DNA of 64,000 nucleotides, taken from assembly GCA_963702095.1 (NCBI GenBank), contig OY969706.1, forward strand, positions 2,208,001 to 2,272,000, written 5' to 3'. This document shows positions 31,683 to 41,637 of the stretch, piece by piece. The notes under the pieces are model-generated. The model was not told the DNA's origin, made no database searches, and saw only the letters and a program-made list of their open reading frames with translations. The first letter of the stretch is position 1. The number at the start of each line of letters is the position of its first letter. This DNA comes from Candidatus Bathyarchaeota archaeon (GTDB lineage: Archaea; Thermoproteota; Bathyarchaeia; Bathyarchaeales; Bathycorpusculaceae). A program made the translations under genes and the position numbers.

Positions 31683-32534
31683 ATGGTTTACCAAGCAAGC
31701 ATAATAGATATATTGTTAAGGCTTTTTTTAAGTATTGTCTGTTCTATGCAAACAATAAAAGAAATCCTCGACAAAGTTTCATGTGGAGAGCTTTCGGTGG
31801 CTGAAGCCGAGAAGATGCTCAAGTTGCTCTCGGTCGAGGAATTGGGCTGCCTAGCTAAACTCGATGGCAACCGTGAGTTGCGCAAGGGTGTGCCCGAAGT
31901 GGTTTTGGCAGAAGGCAAAACACCAGCGGACGTCGCTGAAATCTGCGATGTGATGCTTGCGAATTGTGGCAGAGTGATCGTGAGCAGAGCAGACAAAGAC
32001 CACCTTGCAGCTGTAAAGGCTATTCGAGCAGACGATTTAACGGTAATAATCAATGAAAAAGCAAGGATGGTGGTGCTCAAAAGGAAAACCTACCCTCAAA
32101 GAAGCAGCGGCGGACGCATGGGCATTTTGACGGCGGGTACCTCAGATATCCCAATTGCTGAAGAAGCAAAAATCATCGCAGAAGAAATGGGCTGCACCGT
32201 CTACACCAGCTACGACGTCGGAGTCGCAGGAATCCACCGACTGCTTGAACCCATAAAAGAACTCATCACAAACGATGTTGACGTGGTTGTGGTGGTGGCG
32301 GGCCGTGAAGGCGCGTTGGCGTCGGTGGTCAGCGGACTGGTGGATGTTCCAGTGATTGCGGTGCCCACTTCGAATAGCTACGGCTTCGGCGCGGGGGGCG
32401 TGAGTACGTTGATGGCAATGCTGCAGTCCTGCTCGTTGGGATTGGCAGTGGTTAACATTGATGGCGGGGTGGCGGCGGGGGCAGTTGCGGCTTTGATTGC
32501 CAATCGGGCTTCAAAATCCCGAAAAAAAGCATAG
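31683..32534 (+). CDS. larB: Nickel-pincer cofactor biosynthesis protein LarB (AIR carboxylase-like; likely start MQTI, 31746)
   Basis: GVPEVVLAEGKT, AGTSDIPIAEEA, DVGVAGIHRL, AVPTS, VVNIDGG. Confidence 0.95.
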   Translation: MVYQASIIDILLRLFLSIVCSMQTIKEILDKVSCGELSVAEAEKMLKLLSVEELGCLAKLDGNRELRKGVPEVVLAEGKTPADVAEICDVMLANCGRVIVSRADKDHLAAVKAIRADDLTVIINEKARMVVLKRKTYPQRSSGGRMGILTAGTSDIPIAEEAKIIAEEMGCTVYTSYDVGVAGIHRLLEPIKELITNDVDVVVVVAGREGALASVVSGLVDVPVIAVPTSNSYGFGAGGVSTLMAMLQSCSLGLAVVNIDGGVAAGAVAALIANRASKSRKKA

Positions 32535-32590
32535 TTACTAGCAGGCAACAGCAACAAACTAATATATTCGATGCATGAGCGTAATATTTT

Positions 32591-32740
32591 TGCCGGTTGA
32601 GGAACACGCTTCACGGCAACATGCGATCTGTGCCTTCAGTAATTGCTAAAGACCGTCCAGAGATAATATCAAAGGAGAGCGGCTTTGCCAAGTGCTAAAG
32701 ACAGTCGGTGATTGCAGTGGGGTTTAGACTCAACACGGCA
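32591..32740 (+). ncRNA. Putative BHB-closed rod-shaped ncRNA, family A copy 2
   Basis: TGCCG-GTTGAG/CTCAAC-A-CGGCA stem, GAAC/GTTT helix with ACG and AGA bulges, apical GAT-AAT-ATC hairpin; AATATATT box about 25 nt upstream. Confidence 0.7.
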
Positions 32741-32767
32741 CACAATATTTTTATTTCCTTCTTGCGT

Positions 32768-32875
32768 TGGTTTGCTGGGGCTCTGGAACCCGTCTAAGGA
32801 GAAAAGAATGGAAAATGCAACTAAACCATTCTCAACCGCAACTGCATTAACTATATCCAGAGCCCACTCAGCCCA
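32768..32875 (-). ncRNA. Putative BHB-closed ncRNA, family B copy 1
   Basis: Minus strand: TGG-GCTG-AGT-GGGCTCTGGA...TCCAGAGCCC-CAGC-AAA-CCA, a canonical BHB; homologous to 53852-53950. Confidence 0.7.
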
Positions 32876-32935
32876 CATTTTTACTTTCAATTTATCCCAA
32901 AAAAGGGAAAGGGGAGATTGATTCGTGTTTGTGTT

Positions 32936-35591
32936 TTATGCTCGTTTCCTGAGTATGAGTAGTCCAACGACTGCTATTGCAATGATTATAGCGATTGTTG
33001 CACCGACTATGTACATCATGAGGTCTGAAGTTGTTGCATAGTTTACTGCGTTGACGGTTGGTGTGGGTGTTGAGGCTGATTCGTCGACTGCGAAGCTTGT
33101 TTCTGCTGATGATGGCCAGTAGCCGTTGGTTCCAGCGAATGATGCGTAGAGGAGGTATTGGCCTGAAATGTCTGGGACCCATCGGTAGCTGTATGTGCCG
33201 GTTAAGTCAGTTTGTGTTTCGCCGATTTGTCGGTAGTTGCCGTTAGCATCCACCACTGATAGAGTCACAGTGACACCGCTAGCATTTGCGGGTATGGGTT
33301 TCTGCTGGTAGACGTATCCCATCCAGTCTTTCATGCTGCTATCAGAAACGCATGCGACGCCGTCGGGGAATCTTACTGCTTGCTCATCTTGTGTTGTGCC
33401 GCTAGATAAGTCAGTGACTGCGCCTCTGATGACGATGCTTTGTCCTGGTGCTGCTCCCAGATCAGGTGCAGTTACTGTGGTTTTGCTTGCTCCTCTGCCA
33501 ACAACGTAGACTGAGCTGTCATAACTGTTGAACCATGTAGAGAAACCGTCTGCAATTGCGTAGCTTGTGCTGCCGAATTCCATTGTAGCAGAAGAGATTG
33601 TCCAGATTTCTTTGCCGTCAGTTGCGTTAACTGCACGTGCTAAGCCGCCCTTGTAGATGGGAGACGTCCATGTATGTTCACTCGTAACCAAGTAGACTAC
33701 ATCATTGCCGATTGCGTTGACGAATGTTGGTATGTTGCCGTATGGCCAGTTGAAGCCGCTGTTGGTACTGTTACCTTCGCCGCCGTTACCATAAGTCCAG
33801 AGTAGATCGCCTGTTTTCATGTCGTAGCAGTAGAGTATGCCCGCCATTGCCATGCTGTAGAGTTTGCCGTAAGCAATTTGGCCTGATAATACGCCTGCAC
33901 TGGGGCTGCCGTAGTAGTCGAAGGCTGCTTGAGGCTCAGATTGCCAGATTTTTTCACCTGAATCTAAGCTGTAAGCTACCCACATGACGCCTTCTTTTAG
34001 CGATTGTAGGAATACACGGCTATCCCAGTCCACTCCGGCTTGGATGACAGTGTAGTTGTTTGCTGGAGGGTCTAATGTCTTCCACCATGATACTGAGCCG
34101 ATTGTGCCTTTAGTTGAGTCGAGGTTGACAAAGAAGTACGTGTAGGGAGTGCTGCTTGGTGTTGGGAATAAGTTGTTTTCGCCGTTTGAAGGGAATGTAC
34201 CGTTGTAGCATAAGATACCGTCTCCGTATTTGGACATAATTATATTTGTCGGGTTAGTTCCCGCTGTTTTTGTCGGCATTGTGTTTAGCCATGGTACAGA
34301 TATGTTCCAGTCATAGCACCAAGATGCCCCGCCGTCCAAATTCCCGAATTTAGGTGCTGCAGCAGTAATTCCCTCGCCATATATGAAAACTTTAGTTAAG
34401 TTCCACTGACATAAACACCAATCAGGGTTTTCAGCAGTGCCTGCATTAGCCAAGACATATTGTAAGTATTCGCCGTCTGAACCCATAGCCTTTGCACCTG
34501 ACGGAACATTGGTTATGTTAACTACGGCTTTGTCCTGTGTCCGCATCGTAGCCAAGCCAAGTAGTGCCGCTCTTAGCATATAGAATCGGTTGGCAAACGC
34601 CGTGTTCATTTTGTGTTTGTACATCCATGATATAGCCGAAAGACAACGCTGGTATGTCTTTTTCCCAAAGTACTTCGCCTGTACGTAAATCGACGCACGC
34701 TAGTGGCCCTTGACCGCCGTTGTTGCTAAATCCAAAGTTTACGGGTTCTTTGTAGTAGATTTTGCCATTCAATATTATGGGGTTGTCGTATCTGATGATG
34801 TAAGCTGAGCCGTCAAAGTATGTGTTGCCTTGAATTTCATAGTTGTCTCCGCCGACTACACCACCGGCTTGCAGAGCTTTAGTCCACATAACGTGGCCAG
34901 TCTGAGAACCGATAGCATCGCCTGGGAACATTGCCTCGCCGCCCATGAAGCCCATCTGGGCTGAACCAGAAGAGGCGTAGCCACCATAGTTGGGTGCGCC
35001 AGTGCCTAGCCAGTTCGATGAGATGCTCCACCAATCGGTGTTCTCACCATAAATTGGGCGAGTCCAGTATTCAGAAGGCAAAGGATAGCTTGTGATGGCT
35101 GCGGGTATAGGGTCTTCTTGTACGGTTAGAGTAGTGGATGCACTGCTTGGCAAGTAAGTGTCATTTACGTAGGCATTGCCTGCGTCTGAAGCGTATGTTT
35201 CTCCGGGGTAGGTGAAAGTTAAATTATAGGTACCGACTTGGTCTGGAGTGAAAGTGGCAAGCTGAGCAGCGGTTGTGTCTCTGATGGTATCAAAAGTCTG
35301 CGTTGAAACCTCACCGTTAGGCGCAGTAATAGTAAGCTTATAGTTATGGAACCTGAGATTGTCTGTTCCGTACTGTGATCCGAAATAGTAGTTAGTGAGC
35401 ATCAAAAAGACATTCGCTTGTTGCCCAACACCGACTGGGTTAGGCGCAACGGAAATCAATGCATATGTTGGCCACTCGGTTGGAGGATCGTGTGCTAAAG
35501 CTGTTGGCAATAACGTTGCAACTGTTCCAATAGATATGGTTAGGATCATAGCGATTGCGATAGCGATTATTTTCGTTTTAGATAGTTTCAA
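32936..35591 (-). CDS. Secreted PQQ-like beta-propeller repeat protein with C-terminal anchor, one frameshift (~34530)
   Basis: Signal peptide, PNPVGVGQ, LPSEYWTRPI, DLRTGEVLW, YDMKTGDLLW, FAGTNGYWPS; two overlapping ORFs join. Confidence 0.85.
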
Positions 35592-35760
35592 GTTTTTTAT
35601 TCTCCTTAATAGTTGTGGCTCGTTATTTCTTTGCCACTAGTATTTAATAATTTCTATAAAAAGCCAATTTACAGTAAATAATAAATACTTAAAGCACTTT
35701 TCGGTTTAAAAAATACAACAAAAAAAGCTAGCTACAAACCCACCCATAAAGATATTAGGA

Positions 35761-36834
35761 ATGGAGAATCGTCTTTGTGACATAAAACGGGGGAAAACAA
35801 CGAAACCTCTGGACGAAAATGACACTTTGATTCTGAAGAATCTATTAATAGATTCTCGGATGAGTTTCAAAGATCTCGCCGAAAAATGCGGAATTTCCTC
35901 AACTGCAATAATAAGAAGGTACTCCAGATTAAGAGAAGAAGGAATTATTCTAGGCCATCAAATGCATCTTAATCCGCTAAGCGTTGGGTATGAGAGTATA
36001 GCAGAGGCAGGGATACTTACCGATCTATTAGACAGAGAAAAGGTTAAAGAGGCATTAGAGCAAAAAGGGAATTTCTGGGCGGGACCGATTTCGCTTGGCA
36101 AATATGACATTTATGGAAACCTGTTTGCGAAGAAAATACAGGATTTAAACGAATTAATCCAGCGAATAGATGTAAAACCGTACGTAAAAAGTTTAGATGT
36201 CTTAATTTTTTCGGACCTCTGGAATAGCCCATGGCACCCTGAAAATCTTTTGGTTAAACCTGATGAAAAATTAGATGCAAGCTCAAGGCTAGACAAAGTG
36301 CGGAAAGAAAATGAGCCTGTGGCTATGGATGAAACAGACGTTTATGTCATAAGGGCACTGAATAATGATTCCAGGATGTCTTTTAAAGAAATAGCGAGCA
36401 ACCTCAACGCTGCAGTTTCTTCAATTATACAAAGATACCATGCTCTTAAAGAACAAAATGTTTGGACACTTTCAACACTAAAAATTGACATGTTTAAACT
36501 TGGGTACAAGGCAAATGCTGATATTTACATAAGAGTCACCCATCGAAGCGCTCTACCAGACATTGAAACACAACTGCTTGAAATACCCAATTTAACTTTC
36601 ATTGCAAAATTCGTCGGCGGAGCGTACGATCTAAGAGTGGCGGTTGTTATCTCCGATTTTGAAGATTTCTTTGACCTAAAAGAACGAATTCTAGCTATTC
36701 CCAATATTGGGAAAGCGGAGTTCTATTTATTTAGAATAAAAGCGGGTTATCCTTGGCTATACGATCTTATAGGCGATATAATTATCAGGCATTTGCTAGG
36801 ATATGAGAGACCCTCTCTGACTTCAAGGAACTAG
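35761..36834 (+). CDS. Tandem (double) Lrp/AsnC transcriptional regulator
   Basis: Two LDExD..IL..L..DSRMSFK.LA HTH units, each followed by a G.YD ligand-binding domain; divergent from the beta-propeller gene. Confidence 0.9.
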   Translation: MENRLCDIKRGKTTKPLDENDTLILKNLLIDSRMSFKDLAEKCGISSTAIIRRYSRLREEGIILGHQMHLNPLSVGYESIAEAGILTDLLDREKVKEALEQKGNFWAGPISLGKYDIYGNLFAKKIQDLNELIQRIDVKPYVKSLDVLIFSDLWNSPWHPENLLVKPDEKLDASSRLDKVRKENEPVAMDETDVYVIRALNNDSRMSFKEIASNLNAAVSSIIQRYHALKEQNVWTLSTLKIDMFKLGYKANADIYIRVTHRSALPDIETQLLEIPNLTFIAKFVGGAYDLRVAVVISDFEDFFDLKERILAIPNIGKAEFYLFRIKAGYPWLYDLIGDIIIRHLLGYERPSLTSRN

Positions 36835-37086
36835 ACACTTTTTAGTCGAAAACTTTTGCGATTTTTGTGCTATGACTGGAGTGGGAGAAGTGAAGGAAAA
36901 AATTAGCAAAGTCTTACTCTACTCTTTTTGTTAATAGCTATTTATTTTATGTTTTTTCAATAATAAAATTGTTTCTTGGGGTGGGTTGGGTTTGTGGTTG
37001 GTTGACGGGCAAATTTCCTCTTTGATGGGCCATGCTATTGCGCTTGCATTTTGCTGTTCATCGCTGTCGCTAAGAAAGCACTTGAT

Positions 37087-37259
37087 ACATGCTTTCACAT
37101 ACACACCGAGACGGTTTCAACATGGAACCATGCACCGCATGTGAAGAAAAACGGTTATCCCACACCGAAACAGGCAAAGGAAAACGTTGCAACCGCAAAA
37201 AGAAGCCGCCCCACGTGCAGTCTTTTGGCAATTCTAAAACCCTCACACCCACATAAAGA
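37087..37259 (+). repeat. Dispersed repeat family E, copy 1 (direct copy at 55240-55411)
   Basis: Shared CACACCGAGACGGTTTCAACATGGAAC, TCCCACACCGAAACAG, AAAACGTTGCAACC, TGCAGTCTTTTGGCA. Confidence 0.9.
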
Positions 37260-37337
37260 GACATAACAATTTGCGCTTCAACTGAGGGCAGAAGAAGTAG
37301 GCTGTCGCGGATTTTCGCTGCTTTCGATGGAAAAAAG

Positions 37338-37381
37338 TTAGTCCAGAAACCTTGACTAAGGCTTAGTCCAGAAACCTTGAC
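37338..37381. repeat. Tandem 19-bp repeat, 25-bp period
   Basis: TTAGTCCAGAAACCTTGAC at 37338 and 37363. Confidence 0.85.
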
Positions 37382-37651
37382 AAAAACGCTTTTACCCGCA
37401 GAAAACAAAAGTTTTTTCGGTGAAAAATGTGCCGACCAACCATTATGTGATAAACTCCAGATTGATGAAACGAGTGGAAAAGAAAGGTCGAGTTTTCTGT
37501 TTAATCTGCCATCAACCCATCTTGGTGGGGCAAAGGGTAGCCGCCAAGAAATGCACAGCCATACGCCATGAAGAATGCTACCAACGCTCCTTCCTATAAC
37601 AACCGCATAGTTGGCATCACAAATAAGAAGTCCCAAACCTAAAAGTTTGGT

Positions 37652-38038
37652 ATGACAAAAGCACAAGAAAAACAGCAAACCATCGACGAAATCCTCTCCA
37701 GCCTAACCCTCGACCAGAAAACTCTAATCCAAAACCTCCGCCAACTCGTCAAAGACGCCGTGCCCCAAACGCATGAAAGCGTGAAACAGGGCAAAATCGT
37801 CTATAAACTGGAAGACAAAGACTTCGTCTGGATCAGCCGTTTCCAGACACATATGGACCTTGAATTTGCCATGGGCGCAAGCCTCTCGTCGGATATGCTG
37901 CGGAGCCGTGGAATAGCCGAACAAAACGAAAACGTTCGCCATGTCTCCGTCAGCGATTTTCCACAGCAAGAAGCTGAACTGCGTAGACTACTCAAAAAGG
38001 CTGCAACCCTGGGTTTTGAGCATTGCCAAACCGGTTAA
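37652..38038 (+). CDS. DUF1801 (YdhG-like) protein
   Basis: LRQLVKDAVPQTHESVKQG..VY, HMDLEF..GA, VRHV. Confidence 0.8.
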   Translation: MTKAQEKQQTIDEILSSLTLDQKTLIQNLRQLVKDAVPQTHESVKQGKIVYKLEDKDFVWISRFQTHMDLEFAMGASLSSDMLRSRGIAEQNENVRHVSVSDFPQQEAELRRLLKKAATLGFEHCQTG

Positions 38039-38208
38039 CCAGCGATTTCTGTTGGGAAAAGACTGGACTTCGCATCTAGGAAGTGGACTTTGCAAACGTT
38101 GTATACCGCAGTTCGCAAAAAAGCGAACGTTGCTTAACAAATCATGCGAATTTGCCTTGTTAGAAAGCATTATCTTCTATAGCAAGATACTGAGCGGTAA
38201 GTGGTGCT

Positions 38209-38553
38209 ATGGAATCAGTTTGCATAGGATGTAGATTCGGCTCAGTTATTGTCGAGATAGCGGTACCCGAAAAATGCGACTTACTAAAACTTACGAGGAG
38301 AACCGAGGCATTCACCGCGGATTTACCGGCTGCCATCAAGCAGAAACCCATCCACTACTCACTCAATTTTGACGAGGAGAATTCCTTAGATGATGAGCCA
38401 AGCTTTACAGTGAACTGCATATGCATCTTAAATGTGAACAAAAAGGATTGCTCAAAATTCGAAGAAGCAGCAGGAAGAAACCCAAGAATTAAACACCTTG
38501 AACATCAATCAGCGGAAAGGAGGAGAAACATTGAAGTTATCAAAACCCATTGA
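38209..38553 (+). CDS. Hypothetical Cys-containing protein
   Basis: 114-aa ORF, CIGC...C. Confidence 0.5.
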   Translation: MESVCIGCRFGSVIVEIAVPEKCDLLKLTRRTEAFTADLPAAIKQKPIHYSLNFDEENSLDDEPSFTVNCICILNVNKKDCSKFEEAAGRNPRIKHLEHQSAERRRNIEVIKTH

Positions 38554-38755
38554 ATACAATTTACCAATAATAGAGTGCCGATGCGGGGCACAGATTCTGG
38601 TTATTTCAGATGTTGAATTAATGAGTAAAGCCATCGAAGCCCACGTCAGGGAGCATAGAGAGAAGGCAAAGGGGCGCAGGGAAGCTGAATTCGAAGCTGA
38701 ACGGGTTCGCGAGGACTTGATTGCAAAAGTTTTCACTAAAGTCTGCGAGATCTGA
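38498..38755 (+). CDS. Small putative zinc-binding protein (CxC...HxxxH)
   Basis: IIECRCGAQIL...AIEAHVREH; likely TTG start near 38531. Confidence 0.7.
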   Translation: MNINQRKGGETLKLSKPIEYNLPIIECRCGAQILVISDVELMSKAIEAHVREHREKAKGRREAEFEAERVREDLIAKVFTKVCEI

Positions 38756-38971
38756 TTCGCTTCAGCCCCCTTTTTAGCGGGTAAAAGGGTCCATCAGAAA
38801 CCGTGGTTTTAAATCTGTTAATCCATGGAACTGAGGTGTATTGCCAGTTAATATTTACAGTTTCACGGCATAACCCAAGCTGTAATGAAATGGCAGCTTA
38901 AGGGTTCTTTGAATTTTTTCTGTTAATTAAATTCTTATCTCCAGAACGCGCCACTGTGAAAAGCTGATACT

Positions 38972-39100
38972 ATGGCTATTTGTCCTCACTGTGGCAAAGA
39001 TGTTGCCAACCCGACGAAGGAGTTGAAAAATCAATTCTTCTGCATTAAAGGATACCATTGTAATCAATGTGAATCCAACTTTAAACTTACAGATTGTTAA
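38972..39100 (+). CDS. 42-aa zinc-ribbon microprotein (CPxCG)
   Basis: Manual translation MAICPHCGKDVANPTKELKNQFFCIKGYHCNQCESNFKLTDC. Confidence 0.75.
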   Translation: MAICPHCGKDVANPTKELKNQFFCIKGYHCNQCESNFKLTDC

Positions 39101-39127
39101 ACCTGACAGATAAAAAAAGGAAGGAAG

Positions 39128-39967
39128 CTATTTTGCGTACGCTTCCACCAGATCACGTGCGGTAACGATGCCGACCAATCTTCCTTCTCGAGCAACCGGA
39201 AGCCGCCTGATATGTTTGAGTGCCATTATAGCTGCAGCCCGATGCACACTTATATCGGCAGAAACAACCACCAACGGCGAAGAACAACTTGGCCCCACTT
39301 CGGGGAACAAATCTTTGCCTTTCGCCAAGAAGTTGGTGAGCAAGTCACGTTCTGTAAAGATGCCGAATGGTTCTCCTTTGCGCGTGATGATGACGCTTCC
39401 GATTCTCTGTTGTCCCATCATCTTGGCCACATTCAACACCGATGTTTCTTCGTCTGCGCTGACTACTTTCTTAGTCATAAACTCCTCGACTTGGGCTTCT
39501 GTTTCTGGAACATCAGGTAAACTCTTGATTAAATCCGAAGCCGTTATGATGCCAACCAATGTTCCAGCGTCAAACACTGCAAGTCTGCCTTTTCTGCTGG
39601 TCATAAGCTGGGCTGATTCTTTGAGTTTAGCCGTCGATGAAATCCCAGCTAACGGGTAAGACATCACTTCTTCGACTTTTTGGTCGCTCAAAAGCAATCC
39701 GTAAGCCAAAACCTTACTTAGCAAATCCCGCTCGGTAATTATGCCCACGGGAGTCTTATACTTCATGACGATTAAGCTGCCGATGTGTTTTTCACCCATC
39801 AGTCGCGCTGTGGTTTCTAGTGAAGTCTCTGGAGAGGCTGTTGCGATGTTTTTGCTCATTAAGTCTTTTGTTTGGCGGTAGAGGGGCAGGTTGCGTTTGT
39901 ACTGTTCGTAGGCGATGTCGATTACGCTGGGCAAAATTCGTTTAGTTTCAGTTTGAGGATTCGCCAT
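39128..39967 (-). CDS. Four-CBS-domain protein
   Basis: GIITERDL, GIITASDL, GIFTERDL, GIVTARDL. Confidence 0.95.
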   Translation of the reverse strand: MANPQTETKRILPSVIDIAYEQYKRNLPLYRQTKDLMSKNIATASPETSLETTARLMGEKHIGSLIVMKYKTPVGIITERDLLSKVLAYGLLLSDQKVEEVMSYPLAGISSTAKLKESAQLMTSRKGRLAVFDAGTLVGIITASDLIKSLPDVPETEAQVEEFMTKKVVSADEETSVLNVAKMMGQQRIGSVIITRKGEPFGIFTERDLLTNFLAKGKDLFPEVGPSCSSPLVVVSADISVHRAAAIMALKHIRRLPVAREGRLVGIVTARDLVEAYAK

Positions 39968-40250
39968 TTCTCATCCCCAATTAAGTAATGGACGATACAA
40001 GCATATTAAACTTCTATAACGCCGTAAAAACTACGATTGGCACTGTTTGTTGCTATGCCAACTCTATTGAGTTAACCCTTTTGCCATTCGCGTCGTTGGG
40101 AAGCGTTGAGGTAAAGAAGTTAACAAACCATCTAAAGAACAAAAGAATCACAACCTCAATATCCAAGCCTACAACTGCAAGAATTGCCATAACTACTTCA
40201 CAGGCAAAGTTAACGAAACACTCTATGGGAAAACCTAAGGCTCCAAGAAT

Positions 40251-40769
40251 TTACCAACAAGTTTTAAAAAAGATAGCAGAATCTCCTTCTAAAGACTGCA
40301 GTTGAATTTCATAGGTCCTCAAAAACACCATTTTCTCATGAAGGCTAACTAGCAATACGGTATAAGAGTTTGGGGGCAGCACAATTTCGTTTTCTTTATT
40401 TGCTGAAAACCCATTCACTGAAACATCAGAGATGATAGTTTGTGAGGAACCATTGTTTAGGACTGTAACTAATAATGTGTCGGACGCTTCGTTTGACTGC
40501 ACACCGGTTATTGTTAACTTTTCAGGGGTTAAGACGGGAGAAGATGCATTTGTGGTTGGTGATTGCGATGACAGGCAATTAATTATTGTTGTATTCGATG
40601 GGAAAGAATACGCCAACTGGACTGTAGGTGCAATGGCATCGGTTATATCGTCAGCGGAGTCATCGGTTTTTTGTGTTAATACTCCTGCAAACGTGACGCT
40701 TAGGAAAACCGAAGATACGATGAGGAGAATCACCAAGCTCTTTTGTCGCATACAGTCATCTGAATACAA
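40251..40769 (-). CDS. Membrane-anchored secreted protein (pilin/Ig-like C-domain)
   Basis: N-terminal TM helix; EKLTIT...VTVLNNGS...ISDVSVNG. Confidence 0.65.
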   Translation of the reverse strand: MYSDDCMRQKSLVILLIVSSVFLSVTFAGVLTQKTDDSADDITDAIAPTVQLAYSFPSNTTIINCLSSQSPTTNASSPVLTPEKLTITGVQSNEASDTLLVTVLNNGSSQTIISDVSVNGFSANKENEIVLPPNSYTVLLVSLHEKMVFLRTYEIQLQSLEGDSAIFFKTCW

Positions 40770-41202
40770 GTTAATTTTTAGTAATTATATAACTTATGAA
40801 TTTTAAATAAATATTTGAAGCGATAAAAAATTCTCTTGAAAAGCTAAACAACTCGAAGGATAGTTAGAGAACTAGTTTCTATGAGTGAGCCCCCTATTTC
40901 TTTGGGAGATTGGTTGTTGAGGGCAATAGAGCCTGTGGGGGTTTAGAGGTTGCTCTAAATTGAAGTGAAACGTTACCTGCGGTGTTTCGCAGTGGAAACA
41001 TTTGGCTCAAATGACCCCCCGGGTTTAGATGGAGAGGTTTTGCTTAATTATTTAATTGAATTTGCCGAGTAGAATTACTTGCAGGTTTCTTTTGCAAGTG
41101 CCAAGAAAATAGGCGAGTAAATGCCCGCACATGTGTCTGTCGCTGAAGGTGACTTACAAATTCTTATTGCCTCTCTTGGTGTCAAATAAGCAGGTTTAGA
41201 AC

Positions 41203-41568
41203 TTGAATTTCGAACATGAAGAAACCCTCATTATGGTCAACAATTTACTGGGCATTCATAATCGTGTCTCTTTAACTAGTAAACGGCTAGTTTTCGAGGA
41301 GGGCAGCGGCTATCTCTTAGTTTTTTGGAAGCAGTATCATCAGCTACGAATAGAAGATATTGAAGAAGCCTCTGTTGACAGGGATTGCTTCATAATGGAT
41401 TGCATCAAAATAAAATTGAGGAATGGAGCAAGTATGCGTGTTCAATTCAAGTTGGCAGATGGTGAGGCTCTGTGCGCTGACCCAGAATTAGACCAATACT
41501 GTAGTATCGCTGAAAGATGGGCTCACGCCATTAATGAGCAAGTGGGCAAATACGCCTTGATTGCATGA
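41203..41568 (+). CDS. Putative PH-like domain protein
   Basis: VSLTSKRLVF...IEDI...AERWAHAI. Confidence 0.6.
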   Translation: MNFEHEETLIMVNNLLGIHNRVSLTSKRLVFEEGSGYLLVFWKQYHQLRIEDIEEASVDRDCFIMDCIKIKLRNGASMRVQFKLADGEALCADPELDQYCSIAERWAHAINEQVGKYALIA

Positions 41569-41637
41569 AAGCCTAAACCAATATTTTGCTAGCCTTACTA
41601 TGAAAAAAGAGGCAACTGCGCATCAACGCTGACAAGC

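Noticed and set aside
5013-35591. Frameshifts in GT4 (~6160), the large membrane protein (~9578, ~8020), the secreted protein (19830-20240) and the beta-propeller (~34530) as phase variation
   Set aside because: No long homopolymer or SSR at the shift sites, and cbf5 shows the same defect, so sequencing errors are likely. Raw reads are needed to exclude real pseudogenes.
37338-37381. Possible CRISPR array
   Set aside because: Only two units with a 6-nt spacer, and no cas genes in the window.
37070-37678. 202-aa minus-strand ORF, and ORFs at 55190-55528
   Set aside because: They overlap repeat family E; the indel between copies breaks frame conservation and the composition is not protein-like.
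38873-38908. Hairpin AACCC-AAGCTG...CAGCTT-AA-GGGTT as a SECIS element or riboswitch
   Set aside because: No nearby in-frame UGA selenoprotein candidate and no recognisable aptamer consensus.
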